The notes beneath the pieces were generated by a model. The model made no database searches. It was given only the letters and a program-made list of their open reading frames with translations, and was not told the DNA's origin. Of a stretch of 64,000 nt of DNA, positions 30,768-40,364 are shown one piece after another. The stretch spans positions 576,774 through 640,773 of the forward strand of contig JADJPZ010000003.1 in the NCBI GenBank assembly GCA_016713025.1, written 5' to 3'. The DNA is from Saprospiraceae bacterium. GTDB taxonomy: Bacteria > Bacteroidota > Bacteroidia > Chitinophagales > Saprospiraceae. A program made the translations under genes and the position numbers. The first letter of the stretch is position 1. Every line of letters starts with the position of its first letter.

Positions 30768-31493
30768 TTGAAAAATATTCAATATTCTTTATTTCTTGAA
30801 AGTACTGACGGCTTATTTAAAATATTAGGCTTGTTTTTACTATTAATCACGTTATACATATACCCTAAAATCCCCGGTAAAGGTCAAAAAGCAGAAGATT
30901 TCATCCCAAAAGGATATAAAATCATAAAACAGGTCAAAGGGCATCTAAACGGAGATAACATCATAGATCAGGCTGTTATTATCGAATCTCAAAAATGTAT
31001 CGACGGGCTTAAAGAGACAGATCACACACAAAAACCAAGGATACTTTTTGTAGTCACAGGTACGAAAAAATCGGGTTACATGCTTAGTGTTCAATCCAAT
31101 GAATCTGTCATGCTCGATGATGATGGTGGTTTACTAGGTGACCCGCTTGAAGACATGTATATTTTGGACAGCAATCTGCACATCACTTATTATGGTGGCA
31201 GTCGTGAAAGGTGGTTGTATGATTACAAATGGAAATTGCATGGTGAAAAATGGTTGCTGGCAGGTGCTGCATATACTACAATGGACCCTGTAGAAAATAT
31301 AAAAACAAGCTTTAATTTTAATTTTATAAAAAGCACCGGAGAAAAAACGGAACAGCAATACTTGGAAGATGATGAAGTTAAGCCAAAAACAAAACCAATA
31401 ATAAAACGCATCAGACCAGAAAAAAAAGAACTTATGATGCTGGACAATTTTCGATTTGGACAAAATATGGTCTATAAAGAAGTATATTTTTAG
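30768..31493 (+). CDS. hypothetical membrane-anchored protein
   Basis: N-terminal TM LFKILGLFLLLITLYIY; no motif recognised; TTG start in ORF track. Confidence 0.55.
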   Translation: MKNIQYSLFLESTDGLFKILGLFLLLITLYIYPKIPGKGQKAEDFIPKGYKIIKQVKGHLNGDNIIDQAVIIESQKCIDGLKETDHTQKPRILFVVTGTKKSGYMLSVQSNESVMLDDDGGLLGDPLEDMYILDSNLHITYYGGSRERWLYDYKWKLHGEKWLLAGAAYTTMDPVENIKTSFNFNFIKSTGEKTEQQYLEDDEVKPKTKPIIKRIRPEKKELMMLDNFRFGQNMVYKEVYF

Positions 31494-31496
31494 GTT

Positions 31497-31721
31497 ATGA
31501 AAGTATTAGCAGAAAGCAACTGGGATTATATCCTGGAAGAAGATCATGAATACAATTTATTTTTTGAAGTGGTATGTGGTACAGTAGCTATTTACACCAT
31601 AAAATTTATATTAAATGATATTGAAAGAGAAATTTGGTATAAGGAAGGAACCACTGGGTTAAGGCATCTGGCGTATGATGTTAGGGATTATCCGGATAGG
31701 TATTTATGCAGAAAAATATAG
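31497..31721 (+). CDS. small hypothetical protein (74 aa)
   Basis: ORF 3 nt after previous gene; last gene of the co-directional run. Confidence 0.5.
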   Translation: MKVLAESNWDYILEEDHEYNLFFEVVCGTVAIYTIKFILNDIEREIWYKEGTTGLRHLAYDVRDYPDRYLCRKI

Positions 31722-31893
31722 ATTGTTAAAAGCTCTTCTTTAATACCGTCACTGAAGTTTATTTCATTTTAGCATTTGAAAAAGAAATATTCTTGTATAA
31801 ACAGGATTTTATCAATATTTTACTAACAGGCAAATTGTAATTGAAAGTTTTAATGTGCGATGAAAATTGCATCGAATATCCTTATTCGATAAA

Positions 31894-32961
31894 TCATTCA
31901 AACTGATACTTATCTATCGGATATTTTTTGCGATTTTCGGATGTGCCGTAAGATATTAATGTTTGGAAGTCACGTTGTGTAATCGTTTTGTCTTTATTTC
32001 CATCATCGGAGTCAGGCGAATTTAAAAAGATTTTCTTGTAGGGAAATCTTAAGTTTAGCTTGATCTTTATATCATAAAAATCATTTAAATCCTGACCTTT
32101 AGCTGTTTTGGTGTAGATTGGAAGACCTTTACGATGGAGCGTGGACATATCTGGCAGTAACCTTGGATATAAACTGTCTCCATATACCACAAATTCTCTT
32201 TTTAGTAAAACTTTTCCGCTAGGCATATAGGCTTTGTCCGTCCACCATATATCCTTGACAGCATTCATAGCTGCAGCAGTTTCATCCATATTTTCTACAG
32301 GAATTAGTTGCAGCAGTTTCTTGTTTAGAATCTTAGTCACAGCATCATTATAAGGAAGATCACTTCTGATTGCTTCCATACCTACATGCGCACCCATAAG
32401 ATTGGAATAAGCATCTTCAACAGAAAAAGCTGAATATCCTTCTGAAATAAATGGTAAGAAAGAGTTGCCATACCAAGTAGCGATTTCATGCCAAACAGAA
32501 ATATCATAAGCTATTTTACCCGCCAGTATTATGGCATCATCATCAGTAAATTCCTTTGGTATTTTTAATATCAGTTTTTTGGTACCGCCTTCTTTTCCTA
32601 ATTTTAATTCAAAATGGGGATTTTCTTCCTTTTGTGCTTTATTTATCAAATTGTACACATATGCAGTCCAATCAGCAACATCCCGAACATGTGCTATATC
32701 GACAAACCCTCCATGTTGTGTATATATAATCCCATTCATCTCAGCTTTATCGCCCAGGTATTTGTGACTGCCCAACTGATCATAAGAAGTGATATCTGTA
32801 AATTTTATAAAAGACAATGCGAACATTTTTACCTCATGACCAAAGGAGCAACAGGTACGAATGATTTTGGGTGGTGCCGACTTCAAATCAATATCAGATA
32901 ATTCCGGTGATTTACCAAAAAGTGATAAAGGAAGTAATAGAAAAAAAATTATATTTTTCAT
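31894..32961 (-). CDS. hypothetical secreted protein (possibly DUF4056-like)
   Basis: signal peptide; RTCCSFGHE motif near the N-terminus recalled from DUF4056 proteins (low certainty). Confidence 0.6.
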   Translation of the reverse strand: MKNIIFFLLLPLSLFGKSPELSDIDLKSAPPKIIRTCCSFGHEVKMFALSFIKFTDITSYDQLGSHKYLGDKAEMNGIIYTQHGGFVDIAHVRDVADWTAYVYNLINKAQKEENPHFELKLGKEGGTKKLILKIPKEFTDDDAIILAGKIAYDISVWHEIATWYGNSFLPFISEGYSAFSVEDAYSNLMGAHVGMEAIRSDLPYNDAVTKILNKKLLQLIPVENMDETAAAMNAVKDIWWTDKAYMPSGKVLLKREFVVYGDSLYPRLLPDMSTLHRKGLPIYTKTAKGQDLNDFYDIKIKLNLRFPYKKIFLNSPDSDDGNKDKTITQRDFQTLISYGTSENRKKYPIDKYQFE

Positions 32962-33082
32962 AGACCTAAATAACGGTCATTTCAATTATTTGTTTTATTT
33001 TTATAAATAATTGACATTTAGTTGACGTTTCAATTTTACTTTTTTTTTGGTCAACAGTAAATGTTTCATGATGATACTTATA

Positions 33083-33180
33083 GTATACAGAAAATATTCT
33101 GTGAAATATTTAAATCATAATGTATTGTAAATTAAATAATTATGACAGTATATTTTCTCAATCAACTTTCTGTTTGGTAT
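33083..33180 (-). repeat. ~98-bp palindromic intergenic element, copy B
   Basis: reverse complement aligns to 39989..40086 at roughly 85-90 percent identity by eye; termini ACAGAAAAT / ATTTTCTGT. Confidence 0.8.
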
Positions 33181-33309
33181 AAAAAATTGATATCAAATTA
33201 TTTTAGGACGGAATTGCAAAACTCCTTTTGCAGCTAATCTGTTGATATGTTCAGGGGGTATGTAGGGGTGCAATTCCCCTGTGTGACTCGATTGTTGAAC
33301 AAGCTTAAA

Positions 33310-34095
33310 ATGAAACAGACAGCTATCAAATTTCTTTTTTTGTCAAATTTTTTGTTTACGCAAGGAGACAAAAAATTCCTGACTGACTTTATGTTAGGAA
33401 GGGAATTATTGCCTGAAAATGTTTTGGACAAGTATGTGAAATATGATTTCTCAAATATTTGGCTGAAAACCGAGAACAGTCAAATTTACGGGATAATCGG
33501 AGATGATCACCAAAGAATCAGAATAAAAATATTGACTGTAAAGAAAAATTCAGAAAATACCTCTGAATATTTAGTTGTTGGAAAGTCAAATGTAAAGGAA
33601 ACAATTTGTGATTTTCAGGGTATAATAAATTTGTCTGAAATTTATGAAGTCAAGGAATTGCACTTTGGAGTTGATGATTATGTAGCCAAAGGAATTAAAT
33701 CACAAGGCGTATTAATTGCTGATTACGAGTTTAAAGAGAATATGGAACAAAATCATAGCGGAACTTTTAAGGGTGAACTTTACACCAAATGGTATTTGAA
33801 CTCAAAAAATCAGATAGCGTATGACAATATTGAATTCATTTCAGACGGATATTTTAACAATGCTTTTGTTGGGAAATGGCAAAGTAATTCAACAGGTAAT
33901 AAGAAGACATGTAATTGGGCTGATTATAGAATTCCAAATGCAAATAAAGACTTTGATATTGGGGTTGGTGAATTTTATGTGTCCGAGAAATATAGGAATA
34001 AAGGCTGGTTGGACATAGCGTTGAAAAATCAAGCCCCAAATCACGCCATTAAACGAAAAAAAAGCTTAGGGAAATCGAAAGAATGGTGGGAGTAA
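33310..34095 (+). CDS. hypothetical secreted protein
   Basis: signal-like start MKQTAIKFLFLSNFLFTQ at 33310 (ORF track start 33247 less likely). Confidence 0.6.
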   Translation: MKQTAIKFLFLSNFLFTQGDKKFLTDFMLGRELLPENVLDKYVKYDFSNIWLKTENSQIYGIIGDDHQRIRIKILTVKKNSENTSEYLVVGKSNVKETICDFQGIINLSEIYEVKELHFGVDDYVAKGIKSQGVLIADYEFKENMEQNHSGTFKGELYTKWYLNSKNQIAYDNIEFISDGYFNNAFVGKWQSNSTGNKKTCNWADYRIPNANKDFDIGVGEFYVSEKYRNKGWLDIALKNQAPNHAIKRKKSLGKSKEWWE

Positions 34096-34299
34096 AGCCG
34101 GTTGCTGACAGTATGTATGTGGCGTTAGGGGGTGTAGTAGCAAGAAGGTCAAGTTTAAAACAGCTTTAATCAAAAGCAACAGTCAGGAGTGTCGGGGCAT
34201 CTACTAGAATTGAAGTTATTGGAATGAGCGATAAAGAATTTGAACATTTACTCCGGAAGCGATTGAAAAAATAATTGATTTTTTAAAAACACAAATGCC

Positions 34300-35022
34300 A
34301 TGATAGATTCTAAAGTTAAAGAAATCAGAGCCTTTTGCGAATCCAACATCAATGATGAAATTATAAAAAAGTATTCACGGTATTTCAAGGAAGGATATGA
34401 TGGTTATGGAATTGATGACAAAATTTTCAAAGAGCAGATTGATAAATGGATGGAGCAATGGAATGACGAAATGACGATTGAAAGTTACTTGTCTTTAGGT
34501 GATGAGTTAATGAAAAATGGAAGATTTGATGAAAAGCACGTTGCTATAAATTTTTTAATATCACACAGACAAGAATTTTCAAAGGATACTTTTATCCGGA
34601 TTGGCCATTGGTTTGATAGTGGCATTAATAATTGGGCAACTACAGATGTTTTATGCATGACTGCTTTATCAAGTCTATTATTGGATAAAGTCATCGGCTT
34701 TAATGATTTAAAAACATGGATTGATTCTGAGTCAGAATGGAAACGTAGAGCCGTGCCTGTTGCACTTGTTGAACTAGATAAGTTAACGAACGATTTAAAT
34801 CCTGTTGAAGCAATAGAATTGGTTGGACCATTGATGCTTGATGATTCTGAATACGTTCAAAAAGGGATAGGTACTCTATTATGTGGAATGTGGAAAAAAC
34901 ATCCATCGCAGATTGAAGATTTTTTATTGAAATGGAAAGACAAGTGCGGAAGATTGATTATTCAGTATGCCACAGAGAAAATGGATAAGGAATATAGAAA
35001 GAAATTCAGTAAAACTAAATAA
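34300..35022 (+). CDS. DNA alkylation repair (AlkD-like HEAT-repeat) protein
   Basis: KYSRYFKEGYDGYGI, NWATTDVLC, WKRRAVPVAL, YVQKGIGTLL blocks typical of PF08713 (from memory). Confidence 0.6.
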   Translation: MIDSKVKEIRAFCESNINDEIIKKYSRYFKEGYDGYGIDDKIFKEQIDKWMEQWNDEMTIESYLSLGDELMKNGRFDEKHVAINFLISHRQEFSKDTFIRIGHWFDSGINNWATTDVLCMTALSSLLLDKVIGFNDLKTWIDSESEWKRRAVPVALVELDKLTNDLNPVEAIELVGPLMLDDSEYVQKGIGTLLCGMWKKHPSQIEDFLLKWKDKCGRLIIQYATEKMDKEYRKKFSKTK

Positions 35023-35083
35023 AGTACGGAAATGTTAACGACGTAATTTTACAATCATCACTTTTCAACTAAAATACTAACCT

Positions 35084-35407
35084 ATGGCTTCAGACCAAAA
35101 TTTTGTGGACTTTGTTATAGAACAAATCAAAGATGCAGGAGAAATAACCGCTAAAAAAATGTTTGGCGAATATGGCATTTACGCTGACGGAAAATTGTTC
35201 GGACTGATATGTGACAACAAATTATTTATCAAACCCACCATTTCGGGACGAGAATTTATCGGTAAAGTGGTTGAAGCACCACCATACGTTGGAGCAAAAC
35301 CAAGTTTCCTTATAGAAGAAAAAATGGAAGACAGTAATTGGTTAAGTGAACTAATCAGAATTTCACTCAAAGAATTACCACCACCGAAACCAAAAAAGAA
35401 GAAATAA
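35084..35407 (+). CDS. TfoX N-terminal domain protein
   Basis: FVDFVIEQI...KKMFGEYGIYADGKLFGLICDNKLFIK. Confidence 0.7.
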   Translation: MASDQNFVDFVIEQIKDAGEITAKKMFGEYGIYADGKLFGLICDNKLFIKPTISGREFIGKVVEAPPYVGAKPSFLIEEKMEDSNWLSELIRISLKELPPPKPKKKK

Positions 35408-35518
35408 ACCCCAAATGAAATGAAACATCAGAAAATAGTTACTCCGAAACTTAATTTATTTTTGCATATTTTTACCGTTTAACCTGCTTAAGCTTAAAAA
35501 AATTATCTTTGCTCCAAA

Positions 35519-36178
35519 TTGTATCAAGTGCAAAAATATAAAGCCTTCACCCTCTGGTTTCTGTTTATTATTGTCGCCAATCTGGTATTTCTTTCATGGC
35601 ATACAGAATACAGGATGGTGAGCAAGCCGCTGATCATGGGAAGCTTGATCGGGTTTTACATTGCCCATGTGACAAAACAGTCTCCTTTATTTATTTTGGC
35701 ATTGATATTTGCATTGCTGGGTGATGTCTTCCTGATGTTTGATGGTGAAACTTTTTTTATGATAGGGTTGGGTTGTTTTATGGTGATGCAAATCCTGTAT
35801 ACGACCATGTTTCTGAAAGACAGGTCTTCTGATCTAAAAATGAATTTCATCAAATCACTTCCTGTTGTTCTTTTGGCAGGTACGATGATATTCCTGCTCT
35901 GGGAAAGTTTGGGCTCGATGCGGATTCCTGTAGCAGTATATACCATAGCTATAGCTGCGATGGTCATATCAGGGGTCATACGCAGGCAAAATATCAAGTG
36001 GTATATTCCTGTGATCGCAGGTGTCGTATTGTTTATGATCTCAGATGCCGGTATTGCCATCAATAAGTTTGCAGCACCGTTTTCAGGAGCGGATTATTTT
36101 ATCATGAGTACATATATGGTAGCACAATATCTTATTGTGAGAGGGGTAGTGGAAAAAGAATTATACCTAAATATCTAA
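35519..36178 (+). CDS. YhhN-family (lysoplasmalogenase-like) membrane protein
   Basis: FALLGDVFLM and LFMISDAGIAINKF blocks, 7-8 TM; last 4 codons and stop lie inside the 189-bp repeat. Confidence 0.75.
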   Translation: MYQVQKYKAFTLWFLFIIVANLVFLSWHTEYRMVSKPLIMGSLIGFYIAHVTKQSPLFILALIFALLGDVFLMFDGETFFMIGLGCFMVMQILYTTMFLKDRSSDLKMNFIKSLPVVLLAGTMIFLLWESLGSMRIPVAVYTIAIAAMVISGVIRRQNIKWYIPVIAGVVLFMISDAGIAINKFAAPFSGADYFIMSTYMVAQYLIVRGVVEKELYLNI

Positions 36179-36353
36179 AATGAGATTCGTAGTGAGAGCT
36201 TCAAATACAATAAAATCAGCACTTTTAGCGACAAATCATACTGTGTGCAGCAAAGCTGTAGTCACCATTATGGTGCGAAGCTAAAAGTGAGCAACGCGAC
36301 TGATTTTGAAGTATTTGGAGGTCGTAATAGATTATCATTTTAGATTTTTAGGT
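36165..36353 (+). repeat. 189-bp palindromic MITE-like element, copy 1
   Basis: near-identical to the reverse complements of 52203..52391 and 59908..60103; ends ACCTAAATATCTAAAATGA / TCATTTTAGATTTTTAGGT. Confidence 0.9.
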
Positions 36354-36432
36354 TATACTCAAAATAAATTGGTCTGCAAAAAATTCCTAAGTTAATTTAC
36401 TGATTTTGAGTAGAATGAAGACATAATTTTTC

Positions 36433-37602
36433 TTAAAGAAAATTATCGTCTTTATATCTCAAGGCTGACAATCTTTCTCCCGCCAGATCCAAAAGCTTTT
36501 CAGTTTTGGCAAAGCAGAACCTGATGTGCCTTAGATCTGACTTTTGAGAGTAAAAAACAGATAGCGGAATGGCTGTGACTCCTATTTTTTCAGTCATCCA
36601 TTTTACAAAGGAAATATCATCTTCATTGCTTATCGACGAATAGTCCACCACCTGAAAAAAAGTCCCCTCGCTCTTCAATGGTTTTAACGGGGTATTTTTG
36701 ATGGTTTCTAAAAAAAAATCCCTTTTTGCCTGATAAAAATCCGAAAGATATTCATAATGCGCGGGTTCATTTAGGTATACCGACAGGGCATCCTGCATGA
36801 TGCTGTTGACACAAAACACATTCCACTGGTGTATTTTACGAAATTCCTTCATCAGGTAATCCGGCCCGATGATATATCCTATTTTCCAGCCTGTAGCATG
36901 GAAGGTTTTACCAAAAGAAAATACAGCCAGGCTTCTTGAACACAATTCAGGGTACTTCAATACACTCTGATGTTTAGCCCCATCAAAAATCAGATGTTCG
37001 TACACCTCATCACTGATGATGATGATGTCAGTACCGTGGACTACACTTTGGAGAGATACCATATCATCGTCATCAAGTATGGTCGCAGAAGGGTTGTGCG
37101 GACTATTGATGATGATCATTTTTGTTTTGGGGCTGATCATGGATTTTACATGATTCCAATCTATCCTGAAATCTTCACCCACCATGGTGTAAACGACACA
37201 TTTTCCACCTGCGATTTCCACAGAAGGTTTGTAAGCATCATAGGCAGGCTCAAAGATAATCACTTCATCTCCGGAATGTATAAAAGCTGTGATGGCGGTA
37301 AAAATAGCTTGTGTTGCTCCGGCAGTGATGGTTATCTCTTTCTCAGGATCAACATAGGTGCCATATGATTTCATAATTTTTCTTGAAATAGCTTCACGAA
37401 GTTTGTAGTTGCCTGGCATAGGGGCATATTGATGTATATCCTGAAAGATATTTTGATGTATGAGGTGCAATAAATTTTCCGGTGGGTTGTAATCAGGAAA
37501 CCCTTGTCCCAGATTGATGGCATTGTGTTGGAGTGCCAGGGCGGACATTTCGGTAAATATTGTGACGTTTTGGGACGTAAGTTTAGAATTTATTTGCTTC
37601 AT
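36433..37602 (-). CDS. class I/II PLP aminotransferase (methionine/kynurenine aminotransferase YbdL-like)
   Basis: NLGQGFPD, Y.P..G, ITAGATQA, FEPAYD, INSPHNP, PLP-Lys block SFGKTFHATGWKIGY. Confidence 0.85.
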   Translation of the reverse strand: MKQINSKLTSQNVTIFTEMSALALQHNAINLGQGFPDYNPPENLLHLIHQNIFQDIHQYAPMPGNYKLREAISRKIMKSYGTYVDPEKEITITAGATQAIFTAITAFIHSGDEVIIFEPAYDAYKPSVEIAGGKCVVYTMVGEDFRIDWNHVKSMISPKTKMIIINSPHNPSATILDDDDMVSLQSVVHGTDIIIISDEVYEHLIFDGAKHQSVLKYPELCSRSLAVFSFGKTFHATGWKIGYIIGPDYLMKEFRKIHQWNVFCVNSIMQDALSVYLNEPAHYEYLSDFYQAKRDFFLETIKNTPLKPLKSEGTFFQVVDYSSISNEDDISFVKWMTEKIGVTAIPLSVFYSQKSDLRHIRFCFAKTEKLLDLAGERLSALRYKDDNFL

Positions 37603-37807
37603 GATCTGCTTTTCTGTAATATAATAGGGTCAATTGGTTCAAAATCTAATAAATATCAATCACTAAATTTGTTTTTTTTACTATAAATTTTACTTTTGTG
37701 GCCTTTATTGATTTTTGGAAAAAGTATATTTAAGTTTCTTTTTTTGAAATTACTAAATTTATTTTTCAAACAATATTTTTAATTATTAACGACAATCACA
37801 AATTTTT

Positions 37808-39973
37808 ATGGGACAAAATTTAATTTATTTAATTCCTGTCTTGGGTATTTTGTCATTACTTTTTACCTACTGGAAAAGCAGCTGGGTGGCAAAACAAGAT
37901 GTAGGAACAGAAAAGATGGCAAGGATTGCCAAAAGTATTGCTGAAGGTGCAATGGCCTTTTTGAAGGCAGAATACAAGGTTTTGGCTATATTTGTTGCCG
38001 TAGTTGGTATCTTAATGGCAATCAGTGGCACAACAGAAGGATCTTCTCCTATAGTAGGTCTCTCATTTATAATTGGTGCTTTTTGTTCTGCTCTGGCAGG
38101 ATTCATAGGCATGAAAGTAGCTACCAAAGCCAACGTCAGAACCACTAATGCTGCCCGCACAAGTCTGGGTAAGGCACTCGAAGTAGCTTTTGCCGGAGGA
38201 TCTGTGATGGGAATGGGAGTAGTGGGTTTAGGCTTATTGGGACTCGGTACATTATTTATAGTATATACCAATATGGGTTGGGATATCAACAAGGTAATTA
38301 CTGTACTTACCGGATTTTCATTTGGTGCTTCATCCATTGCATTGTTCGCACGTGTAGGAGGCGGTATCTATACCAAAGCTGCTGACGTAGGAGCAGACCT
38401 CGTAGGAAAGGTGGAGGCTGGTATACCGGAAGATCATCCGCTCAATCCTGCCACTATAGCAGATAATGTAGGAGACAATGTAGGCGATGTCGCAGGTATG
38501 GGAGCTGACCTTTTTGAGTCATATGTAGGAGCCATAGTCGGTACAATGGTACTTGGGGCTGTTTTTGTCGGTATTACAGGTTTTGAAAGCACCAATGATT
38601 TCGGTGGACTAAATGCTATTTTGCTTCCATTGGTACTTTCAGGGGTAGGTATTTTGACATCGATTCTGGGTACATTTTTTGTAAAGGTTGTAGAAGGTGG
38701 AGATCCGCAAAAAGCACTCAACAGAGGTGAATTTATATCAGCAGGATTGATGTTGGCAGCCACATTTTTTATAGTAAAATGGATGCTTCCTGAATCATGG
38801 TCAGATGCTGCAGGAGTTACATTTACTTCAATGGGAGTATTTTGGGCAGTCATTATAGGTCTTGTGGCCGGTCTTGCCATAGGAATCATCACAGAATTTT
38901 ATACAGGAACAGGTACAAAACCCGTAAAATCCATCGTCAACCAGTCTATTACAGGGGCAGCAACCAACATCATAGCAGGTCTGGGAGTTGGTATGATGTC
39001 TACAGCATTACCTATCTTGGTATTGGCTGCCGGTATTATAGGTGCGCATTATTTTGCAGGCTTGTACGGTATCGCCATTGCTGCAGTAGGTATGCTCTCC
39101 AACCTTGGTATTCAGCTTGCTGTAGATGCTTATGGTCCTATCTCTGACAATGCCGGAGGTATAGCAGAAATGGCTGATTTGCCTAAAGATGTACGACAAA
39201 AAACAGATAAGCTCGACGCTGTAGGAAATACTACTGCAGCTATCGGCAAGGGTTTTGCGATAGGCTCTGCTGCCTTGACGGCACTAGCACTTTTTGCGGC
39301 TTACATGACCACTACCGGATTGACATCTATAGACGTTGCAAATCCTGTCGTTATGGCAGGACTACTGATAGGATCTATGCTGCCATTTTTGTTTTCAGCT
39401 ATGGCGATGAATGCGGTAGGTCGTGCAGCTATGGACATGATACAGGAAGTGAGAAGACAATTTGCTGATATTCCTGAGTTGAAAGCAGCACTTGCAGTCA
39501 TGAAAAAGAATGACGGCTCAGAATATAAGACCTGGTCTGATAGCGACAAATCCACATTTGATGCCGCTGATGGCAAAGCAGAATATGGCAAGTGTGTGGA
39601 AATATCCACAAATGCTTCGATCAGAGAGATGGTGTTGCCAGGATTACTTGCTGTAATTTCGCCTGTGATCATCGGATTTGCAGGAGGTGCAGAAATGCTC
39701 GGTGGATTATTGGCTGGTGTTACTTCTTGCGGCGTGCTGATGGCTATCTTCCAGTCAAATGCAGGAGGCGCATGGGACAATGCTAAAAAAATGTTTGAAG
39801 AGGGAGTAGAAATTCAGGGTAAAATGTATTACAAAGGGTCAGATCCGCATAAAGCCACTGTAGTGGGAGATACGGTAGGGGATCCGTTTAAGGACACATC
39901 AGGACCATCACTCAATATCCTTCTTAAGTTGATTTCTGTAGTAGCTTTGGTATTGGCACCACTGCTTTCTTAA
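37808..39973 (+). CDS. hppA: membrane-bound ion-translocating pyrophosphatase
   Basis: [76 protein letters not shown]. Confidence 0.95.
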   Translation: MGQNLIYLIPVLGILSLLFTYWKSSWVAKQDVGTEKMARIAKSIAEGAMAFLKAEYKVLAIFVAVVGILMAISGTTEGSSPIVGLSFIIGAFCSALAGFIGMKVATKANVRTTNAARTSLGKALEVAFAGGSVMGMGVVGLGLLGLGTLFIVYTNMGWDINKVITVLTGFSFGASSIALFARVGGGIYTKAADVGADLVGKVEAGIPEDHPLNPATIADNVGDNVGDVAGMGADLFESYVGAIVGTMVLGAVFVGITGFESTNDFGGLNAILLPLVLSGVGILTSILGTFFVKVVEGGDPQKALNRGEFISAGLMLAATFFIVKWMLPESWSDAAGVTFTSMGVFWAVIIGLVAGLAIGIITEFYTGTGTKPVKSIVNQSITGAATNIIAGLGVGMMSTALPILVLAAGIIGAHYFAGLYGIAIAAVGMLSNLGIQLAVDAYGPISDNAGGIAEMADLPKDVRQKTDKLDAVGNTTAAIGKGFAIGSAALTALALFAAYMTTTGLTSIDVANPVVMAGLLIGSMLPFLFSAMAMNAVGRAAMDMIQEVRRQFADIPELKAALAVMKKNDGSEYKTWSDSDKSTFDAADGKAEYGKCVEISTNASIREMVLPGLLAVISPVIIGFAGGAEMLGGLLAGVTSCGVLMAIFQSNAGGAWDNAKKMFEEGVEIQGKMYYKGSDPHKATVVGDTVGDPFKDTSGPSLNILLKLISVVALVLAPLLS

Positions 39974-39988
39974 GATAAAACATTTTTT

Positions 39989-40086
39989 ATACCAAACAGA
40001 AAATTGATTGATAAAATTTATAATCATAATTATTTAATTTGCAATACATTATGATTTAAATTTTTCGCAGAATATTTTCTGTTCAC
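39989..40086 (+). repeat. ~98-bp palindromic intergenic element, copy A
   Basis: see 33083..33180 and 53804..53901; starts 16 nt after the hppA stop. Confidence 0.8.
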
Positions 40087-40097
40087 TTTAAAATATC

Positions 40098-40142
40098 AAA
40101 AGCCTTCTGTAGTTCAATTATGGAAGGCTTTTTCTTTTTTTT
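40098..40142 (+). terminator. rho-independent terminator of hppA
   Basis: stem AAAAGCCTTC / GAAGGCTTTT followed by a long T-run. Confidence 0.65.
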
Positions 40143-40144
40143 GA

Positions 40145-40282
40145 GTGTGTATAACAAATTGCACTTTTTCAGTGTTCTTTTTAATAAATGGTAGAAACGT
40201 GGTTGAATTGGGCGGGTCGTCCCTTCAGGGATTGAGGGTAGCGATTAAGGAAATTTTAATTCGTGCAGTTTGTTATACACAC
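40145..40282. mobile_element. 138-bp MITE carrying the IS terminal repeats
   Basis: GTGTGTATAACAAATTGCAC at 40145..40164 and GTGCAGTTTGTTATACACAC at 40263..40282; flanks TTTTTTTGA / TTTTTTTAA (8/9 match) look like a 9-bp TSD. Confidence 0.85.
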
Positions 40283-40364
40283 TTTTTTTAAGTATTTCAC
40301 AGCATTTCAAACTTTTTGATGTATTTTTGTTTAAAAATATAACTATCACCATTTTCATTCTGAT

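Noticed and set aside
35656-36063. 135-aa antisense ORF within the YhhN gene, and similar antisense ORFs (22795..23250, 12282..12533, 15942..16307)
   Set aside because: Each overlaps a better-supported CDS on the opposite strand and lacks motifs.
37867-39780. Long antisense and alternative-frame ORFs (37867..38337, 38434..38892, 38797..39147, 39301..39780) inside the pyrophosphatase gene
   Set aside because: They fully overlap an unambiguous hppA reading frame. Their translations are low-complexity Pro/Ala/Ser/Thr strings, typical of the reverse frames of a Gly/Ala/Val-rich membrane protein.
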